A stretch of 64,000 bases of DNA, taken from Octopus sinensis (Eukaryota). How positions within the stretch are numbered: the first letter of the stretch is position 1; each line of letters begins with the position of its first letter. The notes beneath the pieces were generated by a model, which saw only the letters and a list, made by a program, of their open reading frames with translations, was not told where the DNA came from and did not search any database. The stretch covers positions 11,284,001 through 11,348,000 of the forward strand of contig NC_043012.1 of NCBI RefSeq assembly GCF_006345805.1, read 5' to 3'. Shown here one piece after another: positions 26,021 to 39,574 of the stretch. Position numbers and translations under genes: made by a program.

Positions 26021-26232
26021 TCTTTACTCTTTTACTTGTTTCACTCATTTGACTGTGGTCATGCTGAAGCACCGCTTTTAGTCGAGCAAATCAACCCAAG
26101 GACTTATTCTTTGTAAGCCTAGTACTTATTCTATCAGTCTCTTTGCCGAACTGCTAAGTTACGGGGACGTAAACACACCAGCATAGGCTGTCAAGCGATG
26201 TTGGAGGGACAAATACAGACACACAAACATAT
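26018..26232 (-). mobile_element. SINE family A 3' half
   Basis: Matches family A. Confidence 0.85.
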
Positions 26233-26235
26233 ACA

Positions 26236-26425
26236 AGACTTGGCAAGCCAAATGAGACCATAACCTCGTGGCCTATGCCAGGAGTGTAACCCGCCCACTT
26301 ATGCGTACCTTTCCGAAGACCTGTTGAGGCAAGTGAAATCGAAATCGAAATCAAATTCGATGGCTGGCATCCATGCTAGTGGAGCACTAAGAACACCATC
26401 CGAGCGTGATCGTTGCCAGAGCAAC
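26236..26425 (+). mobile_element. Internal fragment of an RTE-type 3' UTR
   Basis: GAAGACCTGTTGAGGCAAGT resembles 45244-45262; CACCATCCGAGCGTG resembles the 25381-25650 modules. Confidence 0.55.
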
Positions 26426-27309
26426 AAACGCATAATGCAAAGAAGGACAAAATGCTACTAAGCTTTCTGACCAGTATGCTAACGATTCTGCTGGCTCACT
26501 GCCTTTAAGCAAACCAATATTGATCACCACCACATCAATACCATATTGAACACCGTATATTGATCTTGGCAATACTGTCACCAAAATTTACATAACATTA
26601 ATTTACCATTGTTAATAAAATAGTTTTCGTTTTTTTACTTTATAAAATCATAATTAATGTTTTTTTAATTGTTATTTTCAATAATATTTTTCACTCACAT
26701 TTGGCCTTACACACTTGTCTAGAGAGTTTTATTTTACAAAATTTTGTAGATATTTTTTTACATTTATGTAGTTTTTGTTTTCTGTTTTTTGCATTTTTAG
26801 TTTTCATAAACCACCACCACCACCACTACCACCACCACCACCATCAACACCACCACCACCACACCACCACCACCACCACCATTGATGGGTTTTTTTTTTG
26901 TTTTTCAACTGATGCAGTTATGTGTATTTTCATTGATAAACTGGTGTGTATGAGTGGAAGAGAGAGAGAGAGAGAATGTGTGGGTGTGTGTGTATGTGTG
27001 CATGTACATATGAGTTTGTGGGTGTAATGTATACTGTGTGTTTGTGTGTGTGTATGTGTGTAGTTGTATGCAAGTGTATATGTATGTGCACTTACATGTT
27101 TTGCAGATTTGTTGGATATTTGATATTTTCAATATCAGTAAATAGATGATATTTTCATAAGTATATATGATGATTCTCTGTGTGTGTGTATGTATATTAT
27201 ATGTGTGTGTGCGTGTGTGTATATATATACACACACACATATATGTATATATATAGAGGGGAGGTCAGATACAGACATACATTCATATACATGTATACGT
27301 ACATGCATG

Positions 27310-27980
27310 CATGCATATATATATATATATATATATAATATATATTTATATTTATATATATAGTTATATTTATATTTATATATATATTTATATTTATATA
27401 TATATTTATATTTATATTTATATATATATATATATTTATATTTATATTATATATATATTTATTATATATATATTATTTTATATATATATTTATATTTATA
27501 TATATATATTTTATTTTATATATTATATTTATTTATATATATTTATATTTATATTTATATATATATTTATATTTATATATATATTTATATTTTATATATA
27601 TATTTAATTTATATATATTTTATTTATATATATATTTATATTTATATATATATTCATATTTATTATATATTTATATATATATATTTATATTTTATAATAT
27701 ATTTATATTTATATATATATATTTATATTTATATTATATATAATATTTATATTTATAATATATTATATATATATTTATATTTATATATATATATTTATAT
27801 TTATATATATATATTTATATTTATATATATATATTTATAGTTATATATATATTTAATATCTATATTTATATTTATATATATTTTATTTTATATTTATATA
27901 TAATTATATTTATATTTATATATATATTTATATTTATATATATATTTATATATATATATTTATATTTATATATATATTTA

Positions 27981-28037
<57 letters not shown>

Positions 28038-28575
28038 ATATATTTTATATTTATATTATATATATATTTATATTTATATATATATTTATATTTGTATATA
28101 TATTTATTTTATATATATATTTATTATATATATATTTATATTTATATATATTTATATTTATTATATATTTATATTTATATATATATTTATATTTATATAT
28201 AATATTTTATTTATTTTATATATATATTTATATTTATATATTATTTATATTTATATATATATTTATATTTATATTTATATTTATATATATATTTATATTT
28301 ATATATATATTTATATTTATATATATATTTATATGTATATATATATATTTATATGTATATATTTATATTTATATTATATATTTATTTATATGTATATATT
28401 TATATTTATATGTATATATTTATATTTATATGTATATATTTATATTATATATATATGTATATATTTATATTTATATATATATATGTATATATTTATATAT
28501 ATATATTTATATATATATATTTATATTTATATATAATTTATTTTATATATATATATTTATATTTATATATATACA
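27310..28575. repeat. ~1.25 kb (TA)n/(TATTTA)n block, almost pure A/T
   Basis: Directly visible. Confidence 0.95.
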
Positions 28576-28714
28576 TATGCCATATACCATAGATGCACAT
28601 GCATACGTACATATGTATATCTGTTTAATCCAAAGTTTTATCAACGAAACCTGTATAAACTTATTCAGAGAAAGACAATTAGTGAAAGAAACCTGGTGGG
28701 TGTATAGAGAGAGG

Positions 28715-28822
28715 GCAATGGTTAATGTATTTAGGTATTGATATCTCTCCTTACTTTAATAATAACCGTCGACACCGGGGATGGAGATAGTCAGAGTACA
28801 CAGGAGAGATATAAAATAACAC
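28715..28822 (+). repeat. Unclassified dispersed repeat (second copy ~31056-31160)
   Basis: ATGG.TAAT.TATTTA..TATTG.TATCTCTCC...AATAATAAC...ACACCG.GGAT.GAGA shared. Confidence 0.6.
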
Positions 28823-28978
28823 ACGCACCACACACACACACACACCACACACACACACACATACACAGAAACCCACCTGCCCACATATACAAGCACAAAC
28901 ACGCTCACAAACATGCACACACATACACACACACACATAAACACACACTTAATGAGACAAGCATTTATACATATGTAC

Positions 28979-29013
<35 letters not shown>

Positions 29014-29174
29014 TATATGTATATTAATATATACAGTCCGATAGAAAGAGATGGTTAATTTAGTTTCATAATAAGTATTTGCACAAAGGTTAGAGATAGA
29101 CACACTATTTAGTAAAGATATAAATCAAATATGTGCTCCTATATATTGAAGCACAGTTATAGATATATGCATGC

Positions 29175-29216
<42 letters not shown>

Positions 29217-29273
29217 CACATATTAACCAAATATATATAGTACATATTTGTATTTAGTTTGCAAGGTTCTTGA

Positions 29274-29315
<42 letters not shown>

Positions 29316-29477
29316 AAATATATATATTTATCTATATTAATTATATATATAGATATATATATATATATATAATCAAATTAATATATATAAATATATATAT
29401 TTGGTTAATATATATATATATTTATTATATTAATCATATATACATACATATATATATATATATGTGTATATCATTCA

Positions 29478-29680
29478 AATTAACAAAAGACGAAGGTGGC
29501 AGAACAATAAGCAGGTGTATTAGTTTAGAGCCTGAGAAGATTGAAGAAAGTCTTTTACATTTCCTGCCAAAACTCTTTGACTGAAAAGATTAGGAGGAAA
29601 AACAGAAAATGGAGAGAGAATGAAAAACATGGAGAGAGAGGAAAACAATGTGTAGGGCTTAGCAGTTCGACATGGCTGGA
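29478..29680 (-). mobile_element. Penelope-like LTR family P1, old diverged copy
   Basis: Reverse-complement similarity to 60630-60800, including AAAGTCTTTTACATTTC. Confidence 0.6.
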
Positions 29681-29779
29681 ATGGCTGGAAGAAAGAGGCT
29701 GAATGAAAGGGAGATATTGATGGTGACCCAGATGAAGCAAAGGTGCACATGCACGTGTATGTATGTGAGAATGGTGAGA

Positions 29780-30005
29780 GTTGGCTGTGTAGGCAAGAAG
29801 CCTGCTTCCCAACCACATGGTTCCATGTTCAGTCTCACTGCATGGCACCTTAAGCAAGTGTCTTCTACTATAGCCTCAGGCTGACCAGTCTTGCAAGTGA
29901 ATTTGATGGATGGAAACTGAAAGAAGCCTGTCATGTATATATATATATATATATCCAACCCGTGCTAGTGTGGAAAACGGACGTTAAACGATGATGATGA
30001 TGATG

Positions 30006-30044
<39 letters not shown>

Positions 30045-30420
30045 ATATATATATATATAGGAGTTGGCATTAGGAAGGACATCCAGTCATAGAAACACCA
30101 CCAGATCAGACTGGGCCTGATGCAGCCTTCTGGCTTCACAGACCCCAGTTGAACCGTCCAACCCATGCTAGCATGGAAAGCGGACGCTAAATGATGATGA
30201 TATATGTATAGTTTGTTTGTGTGTATCTTTGTGTCTGTAACTATCCCACCACTTCTTGACAAATTGTTTTGGTGTGTTTGCATTCCTGTAACTTAGTGGT
30301 TTGGCAAAAAAGACTGATGGAGTAAGTACCTGGTTTAAAAATGAAATAGTGAGGGGCAATCTATTTGGCTAAAAATTCAAGTCACTGTCTTAAGACTGAA
30401 ATCAATGAAAAGATAAAGAG
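29780..30420 (+). mobile_element. SINE family A split by two family D fragments (29954-30010, 30060-30200)
   Basis: Head 29780-29935, 3' half ~30205-30420. Confidence 0.75.
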
Positions 30421-30434
30421 AGATATACTAACCA

Positions 30435-30813
30435 AAGTGGAATGTATGGTAAGAAGCTTACTTCCAAAGCACATGGTTCCATGTTCAGTCCCACTGTGTG
30501 GCACCTTGGACAAGTGTCTTCTACTACAGCCCTGAGCCAACCAAAGCCTTGTGAGTGGTTTGGTAGATGGAAACTGAAAGAATCCCATCATGATATATAT
30601 GTGTATGTATGTATGTATTTGTGTGTCTGTGTTTGTTCCCCCACCATCGCTTCACAACCGATGTTGGTGTGTTTACATCCCCATAACTCAGCAGTTTGGC
30701 AAAAGAGACTGATAGAATAAGTCCTAGGTTTACAAAGAATAAGTCCTGGGGTTGTTTTTGTTTGACAAAAGGCAGTGGTCCAGCATGGCCTGTCAGATGA
30801 CTGAAACAAAAGA

Positions 30814-30815
<2 letters not shown>
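30435..30815 (+). mobile_element. SINE family A
   Basis: Matches family A. Confidence 0.88.
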
Positions 30816-30848
<33 letters not shown>

Positions 30849-30871
30849 TATATATATATATATATACATAT

Positions 30872-30902
<31 letters not shown>

Positions 30903-31294
30903 GATAGATAGATAGAAAAATAGATTGTTAATTTATTTATACAACAATATTTCACTTTAGTTCAATATTACTTACCCTGGGAATATCTAGACAGACACAC
31001 TTTATACATAGTATCAATGTAAAATAGTATATACCCACACACATGTATATAATGGGAATGGCTAATATATTTATATATTGGTATCTCTCCCTAGCTCAAT
31101 AATAACTTATTTACACCGAGGATAGAGAAAGACTATATGGTATAAAGATATACAATTACTCGCATACATAAACGCGGGTGTTCACACAGTCTCGTGCATA
31201 AATATATACACACACGTATATAGAAGCAGGGCAAACAAGATAACCCAATATCAGATACAGAATCAATAAATATCAATAAATATTAATATGAAAG

Positions 31295-31528
31295 TACATG
31301 TATGTGTGTGTGTGTATATTTGGTATGTGTGTATATAAATATATATATATGTATATATATACACACACACACATGTGTATGGTATGTATGTATTTCAATA
31401 AATTGATTAATGTGTATATGTGTATATATATATATGTGTGTGTGTGTGTATATATATATATATGTGTGTGTGTGTATATATATATATATGTGTGTGTGTG
31501 TATATATATATATGTATATAAATGTGTG

Positions 31529-31567
<39 letters not shown>

Positions 31568-31575
31568 ATATATAT
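31295..31575. repeat. (TA)n/(TG)n compound microsatellite
   Basis: Directly visible. Confidence 0.9.
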
Positions 31576-32075
31576 GCAGAGATGATTGAATATTCCTAGA
31601 TGGGGGACTGAAACCAAATTAGTAAGGCATGTCTTGAGATTTAAAATCCATGCAGTATCTCTTGAAGGAGGGAGAGAATGGGGGAGGGGGGCGCAGTAGC
31701 AGAAGTGAAGAGTATGAAGTTGTGTATGTGTTATTGTTGTTGTAGTTGTTCCTAAGTAGGCCTTGTCAGCTGTACTTGAAGAAACCTCAGTCGGCAGTAG
31801 TGGGTGAGATGGGGGTGAGAAATATTACTTAACCCAAGGAAGAAGGGGGCTGTGCCTGTAAACCCTGCCTCTCTCCCCTGTCGGTGTCTCACCCATGAAA
31901 CTTGTATGGCTGGAACTATTTCTGTTTATCTTAAAATTTCATTGAGGGAAAAAATGGAACAGAGAAGAGATTTCTGTTGTGTTGGGGAAGAAGGATTTGG
32001 AAGAAGGTTACATAAATAAAGTCAGAGAGATTTTTAAGTGGTGTTGTGCTACAACTATTTGGCTACTATAAATAC

Positions 32076-32310
32076 CTATTTCTTTATTACCCACAAGGGG
32101 CTAAACACAGAGGGGACAAACAAGGACAGACATAGGTATTAAGTCGATTACATCGACCCCAGTGCATAACTGGTACTTTATTTATCGACCCCGAAAGGAT
32201 GAAAGGCAAAGTCGACCTCGGCGGAATTTGAACTCAGAACATAACGACAGACGAAATACCGCTAAGCATTTCGCCCAGTGGGCTAACGTTTCTGCCAGCT
32301 CACCGCCTTA
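32076..32310 (-). mobile_element. SINE family B, full length, 12-bp TSD
   Basis: TSD TACTATAAATAC at 32064-32075 and 32311-32322. Confidence 0.93.
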
Positions 32311-32379
32311 TACTATAAATACAAATAGTTTGCAACAGTTCGATTCTTGGCAGTATGTTCTGTTCTTGAGCAAGACACA

Positions 32380-32878
32380 AACCAAGAGAATACCCTCCAT
32401 CAGGCATTTGCCATATTCTGAACGCCTTACTTCCCTGGGCATGCACACATTGAAACTCCGACGTCTGGCAGCTGACTTGGCAGATACCCATAAAATTATT
32501 AACCATCTTACAAACAATAACTCTGAGCACCTTTTCAAACTCCACCTGTCTAACACCCGTGAACATGTTTACAAAGCCAGAAAACAGCACAGCTCCCATG
32601 ACTTTCGGAAACATTTTTTCACGCTAAGATTTGCTGAAGCATGGAACAAACTTCCAGCATCAGTTGTTAGTTGTTGGAGCACTGCATCCTTCAAAACTTC
32701 CATGCTTCCTGAGATTCGCCAACACTACACCTGATTTTCTCCCCTCCATACACACGCAAGCATGTATCTGACTCATACACTGTTTGCTTTCCAGACATTT
32801 GCACATTACTGCATATACTTTATACGCACTTTTTGACAAGTTGTGGTGCACCTGAGCACTGTATCCAATAATTTCTTT
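32380..32878 (+). mobile_element. 5'-truncated CR1-clade LINE (ORF2 C-terminus to stop at 32734, then 3' UTR)
   Basis: TKRIPSIRHLPYSERLTSLGMHTLKLRRLAADL...RKHFFTLRFAEAWNKLP matches the CR1 ORF2 end pattern (L.Y.ERL..L.L.SLE.RR...DL; FF..R....WN.LP). Confidence 0.9.
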
Positions 32879-32882
32879 ATAT

Positions 32883-33105
32883 ATTTCATGTTGCTCCAGA
32901 TCACTCAGCTGGTAAAAATCAGTAACACCTGTATTTCAAAGGACCAGTCTTGTTACATTTTGTGTTACACGTAATCTCCCTAAGAACTATGTTAAGGGTA
33001 CATGTGTCTATGGAGTGCTCAGCCACTAGCATTTTAATTTCATGAGCAGGTTGTTCTGTTGATTGGATCAGCTAGAACCCTGGTTGTCATAACAACGGAG
33101 TGCCA
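32883..33105 (+). mobile_element. SINE family C (H1+T2) 3' part; its 5' part lies at ~32336-32378
   Basis: CTTGAGCAAGACAC before the CR1 resumes as ATTTCATGTTGCTCCAG after it. Confidence 0.8.
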
Positions 33106-33348
33106 GTTATGGGGACGTAAACACATCAGCATTGTCAAGCGATGTTGGCGGGGGGGGGACAAACACAGACACACATATATATATGACACGGTTCTTTCAG
33201 TTTCTGTCTACCAAATCCACTCACAAGGCTTTGGTTGACCCGAAGCTATAGTAGAAGACACTTGTCCAAGGTGCCATGCAGTGGGTTTGAACCCGGAACC
33301 TTGTAGTTTGTAAGCAAGCTACTTACCACACAGCCACTCCTACGCCTA
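33106..33348 (-). mobile_element. SINE family A, 3' truncated
   Basis: Matches family A. Confidence 0.88.
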
Positions 33349-34101
33349 TTGTTCAATATTTCCTTCCTTTTTCTAAGACGTTAGCCTGTGTTTTGAGGTA
33401 ACTTAGCTGGTATGTCTAGCACAGCATCATAGGCACATCCTCTCATTGTCTTGTATTTGTCTCAATTTATGAATCAGAAAACTTTTTTTATGGATATCTG
33501 CTTGTAATAGGCTGAAGTTTTTTTTTTCCCTCAAGTAAGATTTTTCTCTCATCCTAAGTCATTTGTGGCTCAATTTTAAGTTAATCTTGAGCCAAGCACT
33601 GACCGAAACACACCTCCCTGCTGCCAACCAAAGTCTTCAGCTTCTTGAATTTATTGATTTCTAATATATCATATATTTCATTTCGCTGAAAGGCAATCAT
33701 CACAAAATTCTAAACTTGAAGACATGTCTGGAGTTGAGATTCCTGGTGTCATAGAAAAATGTGAATTAATTAATGCAGTGTAGACATTTGTGAAATGTGG
33801 ATGGGGAATATGAAAGGGGGGGGGATGGGGGAAATGTTGATAACTTTTGTCAGTTTAACAATTTCTGTAGATTGAAACACTCACACATGTGTATGTGTGT
33901 GTGTGTATGTGTGTACATATATGTGTAAGTATGTATGTATGTATGTATATGTGTATGTATATATATATATATATATATATACATATGTATGTACGTAGAT
34001 AATGTATTTGTGTGTGTTAGAAATTCATGTTTAAAATATTATTTGCATTGATGAAATATCTGATTATTGAACAGCCCTTGAGGGGTTGGGGTGGAGTGGT
34101 G

Positions 34102-34134
<33 letters not shown>

Positions 34135-34759
34135 ATTTTGACAACTTGTTCCCCCTTCATCATATCTCACATCAACCATTCCCACACCAATGCCCTAACT
34201 TCATCAATAGTTGCAGCTTGGACTTTGCTATGGTTTTGGAAGGTTTCCTGCAGTTCTCCCACAAGTCAGTCAGTTTCCAGACAATAAACTGGCTGATGGG
34301 CAAAATGTTTGACTCAGAAGACAGTGTCCAGCAATTTTCAGCCATCTTCTTACTATTTTGTTTGTCAACTGGGGAAGTTGAAGAATTATTCATTCATCAC
34401 CTATTGAACTATAAATAACAAAGTTGTGTTTAAATTCTTCTCTTCTCTTGAAGTTCTTTTTCTTCTTTTTATTGGGAGTCCTTCCCAAGAAGGCAGCAAA
34501 TAGACAGTAAGAAAACAGGCCTGAAGCAATGATTTTGTTTGGAGAAAAGAATCTGAAAAGGCTTAAAGCAAAGATTTTCATTGCGCCATTTAGTCCACAA
34601 AGACTCCTGGGATGATTCTTGATCAACTCTCAGTGATTGACATGGAATTTTTATTAGAAAATCCAAAGATGGTTTCCTGTTGTGTTCCTTTGAGTGCTTT
34701 TTTTTTTTTATCAGTTTCATACAGACAAGTATGTCTCACGTCCCTGAGAAAGGACTACC

Positions 34760-34992
34760 TATTTCTTTATTACCCACAAGGGGCTAAACATAGAGGGGAC
34801 AAACAAGGACAGACATAAGTATTAAGTCGATTACATCGACACCAGTGCATAACTGGTACTTAATTTATTGACCCCGAAAGGATGAAAGGCAAAGTCGACC
34901 TCGGCGGAATTTGAACTCGCAACGTAACGGCAGACGAAATACCGCTAAGCATTTCGCCCGGCGTGCTAACGTTTCTGCCAACTCACCGCCTT
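34760..34992 (-). mobile_element. SINE family B, full length, 16-bp TSD
   Basis: TSD CTGAGAAAGGACTACC at 34744-34759 and 34993-35008. Confidence 0.95.
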
Positions 34993-36076
34993 CTGAGAAA
35001 GGACTACCATGCCAAACAAACCATTTTGTCTAGCACTTTAACAATTCTACCAAGGTTGGCAGGTCATTTTAACAACTTTCAAATGTGAAAGGCTAAGTTG
35101 GTTGACCTTGGTTTCACTTTCTAGTGCGAATGATATTTCTAATTTATATTTTTCATATTTATATAAAAATGCATGAACATCACAATTTTCTTTCCCATTT
35201 TTTCCCTATAATTCTGATGTTTTGCATCTGTGTAAGAATAATATAATGAAGATGCCTCTCCCTGCATGCCATCCACTTGCGAATGTACCCTACTTGACCT
35301 GAAAGAAATAGTAAATCTTATATCACGGCTCACCACTTTTTAGAAAGGAAAGACACCTTGGATGATGTAGTCTTTGATACACTATGCCTAAGAAGAAAAA
35401 AAAAAGAGACTGCAAAATTCACATCTGGAATGTCTTTGGTTATAGCAACTGCTTCATTAAGGCTAACCTGGAGCTAAGCAAACACAACATCAGTGTAGAG
35501 ATCTTGAGTTCAAGTCACATTACAGGAAGTGAAATGTACGTCTGGCTGCATCTCTAGGAAGGGATTTATTATTAGCCTGGGGTTGACCTCACTGAAACAA
35601 CAACAACAGTAACAGGGGTTAATCTAGCTTCATGGCTGGGTGGTTGGTAATTGGGTTGGAGTCTACAGCTGTAATAATATTGTGGGGGTGGAGACAGCCC
35701 ACCCGTGTTAGCATGGTTCACTGACACATCATCACCATAATTTAATATAATCACTAGCAACACCACCACCATCATCATCATCACTACACTCACTACCATC
35801 ACTGCCATCACTATCATCATTCCTATCATTAACACTGCTACTAACACCTCTGCCTCCTTCACCCTGACAACCATTATCATCCTCATCTCTCCCATCAATT
35901 TCATCATTGTTATCACCATCATCATCATCATCATCATCAATATCTTGTCTGTAAAGTTCTTGCTGTACACACATGCATACACAAAAACATAAACATATAC
36001 ATATATATATTCTTGTCTAAATAAACACATCTCTATGAGTAGTATATATATATATACACACTTGTCTATATTTGTC

Positions 36077-36119
<43 letters not shown>

Positions 36120-36455
36120 ACATATACAGACAAATATAGACAAGTGTATATAATACTACTCGTAGAGATGTGTCTATTTAGATAAGAACACCATGCATAC
36201 ACATTAATATACTTACGCATATGCATACATAGTTGTAAGTTTTACATGCATACAACACAGACACACACGCACAAACGTACATACACCGATATACATGAAC
36301 ACATACATATACACATATGTATATACATACATACCCTACCCACACACATATATAAATATGAACATTTGTGAACATTTAATGTGGTTTTAGAGTCAAGTTT
36401 TGGCTACTATTTCTAGCATGGTGGTATTTCTTAGATACCCATAATTATAATTTTA

Positions 36456-36839
36456 CTAGCAGTATCGCCCGGCGTTGCTCAGGTTTGTAAGGGAAATAAC
36501 TATAAAGCATTTTTAGAGAGTTATAGCCAAAAAATAGCAAAAAAATGGAAAAAAAATGATGGTAAATTTTTTTTGAGAGTTAAAAAAGGTGGAGTTGCGT
36601 CCCCTAGACGGTCTGTGGTTTGGGTTTCTGATTCTCGACCCCATGTCGAATTTATCGATTTTTTTCAGAACTGGGGGAACTTTTCAAAATTTTCGCTGCG
36701 TTAGTTTTGAATTATGACATTGGGCTATGTGTGTGTCAAGTTTCATCAGAATCGGTTGAAAGCCGTGGTCAGAGTGAGGGTACGAGAAAACAGACACACA
36801 GAAAACGCACAGACAAACTGCCGTTTATATAGAGAGAGA
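36456..36839 (-). mobile_element. Non-autonomous Helitron
   Basis: Minus strand begins A|TC(TCTCTCTATATAAA) and ends with subterminal hairpin CCTGAGCAACGCCGGG then CTAG|T; no TSD. Confidence 0.85.
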
Positions 36840-36847
36840 TATATGTA

Positions 36848-37192
36848 GGAGTGGCTGTGTGGTAAGTAGCTTTCTTACCAACCACATGGTTCTGGGTTCA
36901 GTTCCATTGCATGGCACCTTGGGCAAGTGTCCTCTATAGCCTCGGGTCGACCAAAGCCTTGTGAGTGGATTTGGTAGACGGAAACTGAAAGAAGCCTATC
37001 GTATTACACCATGATAGATTGATAACCGCTACACATTCTTTAATTTCTCTCCTTGTTTCTTTGTGTTCCTTTCTGTAGAAGAGCGTAGGCTCGAAAGGTT
37101 AAAGACTTTTTCACTTCCCAAGTGTTAAACTATTACATCTGTTTGTTGTCTACACCACCTGTCTTAGTCTTTTATTTATTGTGAATTCTCCC

Positions 37193-37223
<31 letters not shown>

Positions 37224-37430
37224 GTATATGTTTGTGTCTGTGTTTGTCGCCCCACCATTGCTTGACAGCCGATGTTGGTGTGTTTACATCTCTGTGACTT
37301 AGTGGTTTGGCAAAAGAGACCAATAGAATAAGTACTAGGCTTACAAAGGATAAGTCCTGGGGTCAATTTGTTTGACTAAAGGCAGTGCCGCAGTCAAATA
37401 ACTGAAACAAATAAAAGAATAAAAGAAAGA
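36848..37430 (+). mobile_element. SINE family A split by a P1 insertion
   Basis: Head 36848-37002, 3' half ~37228-37430. Confidence 0.85.
37005..37192 (+). mobile_element. Penelope-like LTR family P1, copy 2 (hammerhead motif 37069-37104)
   Basis: CTTT-CTGTAGA-a-GAGC(gtag)GCTC-GAAA-g-GTT-AAAG; collinear with 60630-60817. Confidence 0.75.
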
Positions 37431-37645
37431 ATTGTTCCTGAAAGTTGTTTTTTTAGATCTTGTATGGACTACTTGAAGCTCACTAACTTCCTACATCTTG
37501 ATCCTTAGATCTTATCTTTACACATTTATATATATGTATATATATATATGTACATAATCAAAATAAGCAACAAAGATATCTAAGGTAGTGTAGTACAATT
37601 GTTTTATGCTACTTCATTTTATTAAACACTGTAAGTATTACATCA

Positions 37646-37760
37646 GGCTGGAGGGTATATCAGCTGAAACGTTGTGTTAACAACAAACAAGATGAGGACA
37701 AATATCCGTGGAATGTAAATAATGTACATAATTCCTCGTCTCTTAAATATAGAACTGTAT
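37646..37760 (+). mobile_element. Probable Penelope-like LTR fragment starting inside a hammerhead
   Basis: GGCTG(gagggtatat)CAGCT-GAAA-C-GTT: stem II, GAAA and palindromic stem III; 5' core absent. Confidence 0.4.
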
Positions 37761-38354
37761 CGTTACATCCTTTTACATTCTGAGCTCAAATACTGCTGAG
37801 GCCAACAGTTAAAAAGGGGGTTATTTAAGGTTATTTGCCTCTATTTTAGGAATTGGTTTTATCTCAGCAATAAATTCTTGAGTCTTGAATGTTTGCTCTA
37901 TTTCTTCAGTTAATTAAAAACTTTATATTTTTCTGATTTCAGTCATTGTCAGTAACCATACTGGAGCAACACCTTGATGCATTCATTGTTGACCAAACCA
38001 ACTCCAATGCTTACTTAGTTTAGTCAGGTATGTAATTTTATTGATATATTTTGTCCACGGTTTCAATGACCAAAAGAATTTGATTGCAAATACTATACAC
38101 AATGAACAGCTCAATGCCAGGACAGGTTTCTGCATGCACATATGTGCATGTGTATGTCTCTGTGTAAATATGTATGTGTGTGTGTGTGTGTGTGAATGCA
38201 TGTATGTGCATCTTTCAGCATTAGGGCATCCAGCTGTAGAAACCAGGTCAAAGCAGACACTGGACCCTGCTATAGTCCACTGGAAGGTTGGATCCTGCAA
38301 GCATAGAAGATGGACATTAAATGATGATGATGATGATGGCATATATCTAACCAC

Positions 38355-38582
38355 TGCGAGCTGGCAGAAACGTTAGCACGCCGGGCAAAATGCTTAGCAG
38401 TATTTCATCTGCCGCTAAGTTCTGAGTTCAAATTCCGCCGAGGTCGACTTTGCCTTTCATCCTTTCGAGGTTGATTAAATAAGTACCAGTTATGCACTGG
38501 AATCGATATAATCGACTTAATCCATTTGTCTGTCTTTGTTTGTCCTCTCTGGGTTTAGCTCCTTGTGGGCAATAAAGAAATA
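38355..38582 (+). mobile_element. SINE family B with 17-bp TSD
   Basis: TSD GGCATATATCTAACCAC at 38338-38354 and 38583-38599. Confidence 0.93.
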
Positions 38583-39044
38583 GGCATATATCTAACCACA
38601 CACACTGTGCATTTATACATTTACAAAAAAAGAAAAGAATACTGGATTCCACAGTAGGATTTGAAACCCACATCCGTTGTTTGCCAGGCAATTTTGCTAC
38701 TCACTGCAATCAATATGTTGCACTTCCACACAGTTTCCATTTCTGTGACATTGATCAACATCTGAAACTAAAGCAGAATTAGCTGTGCTGTTGGTTTGAA
38801 CCTAGAAACCTGTGGTTAGTAAAAAGGACCTCTTCACCCCTGTCACTGCACCTTTTCCTTTCTTTTCCTTTCTTTTCTTTTTGTTTGTCCTTCCTGGACC
38901 CTCCTTCCTAAACTTAAATAACCACACTCAAAAATAGATTTGACATTTTCCTTTCTTCCCTCTCAGTGCAGGGCTTCTGTCTGCTATCAGTCGGAATATG
39001 TACAACTGTGGGTTCACTACTGAATATGGATGACTTTATTTACT

Positions 39045-39095
<51 letters not shown>

Positions 39096-39522
39096 ATTAC
39101 AGAGGATGAGTAAAGAGATGGTGGTGGCAGGGTGTTCTTTTGGAGTTGAAGGTTAAAACTCCTTCAGTGTATTAGTTAAAAAAAAATGTGGAAAGGGAGC
39201 AGGGGATAAAAAAAAGAGGGAGAAAAATCCCTGAATAAAAATAACAAAAATAATAAAATGCTTGACTTTGACCCTGTTTTTCTTTTTCTTTTTGCTTAGT
39301 AATATGTTTTTAAATTTTTTTTATTTTTATTTTTGATAATAACCCCCTTCCTTAATGTATAAGCCTGATTAAACTGACCCCTGGATGTCATTGAAGTGCT
39401 ACAATAAAAAAATCCCTTTGTTCTAAGATTACAGCAAATGCTCAAAGTTGACTGAGCATTATAGCAATATCAATAAGGGCAGATATAATTATTGATTAAA
39501 TACCCCTTTGACTGCCCTCCCC

Positions 39523-39574
<52 letters not shown>

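Noticed and set aside
32162-32734. 190-aa ORF as a host gene
   Set aside because: Chance fusion of an antisense SINE, spacer and a CR1 ORF2 end
37632-37650. Resemblance to miR-12 (TAAGTATTACATCAGG)
   Set aside because: Seed mismatch, no precursor hairpin, and it lies at a repeat junction
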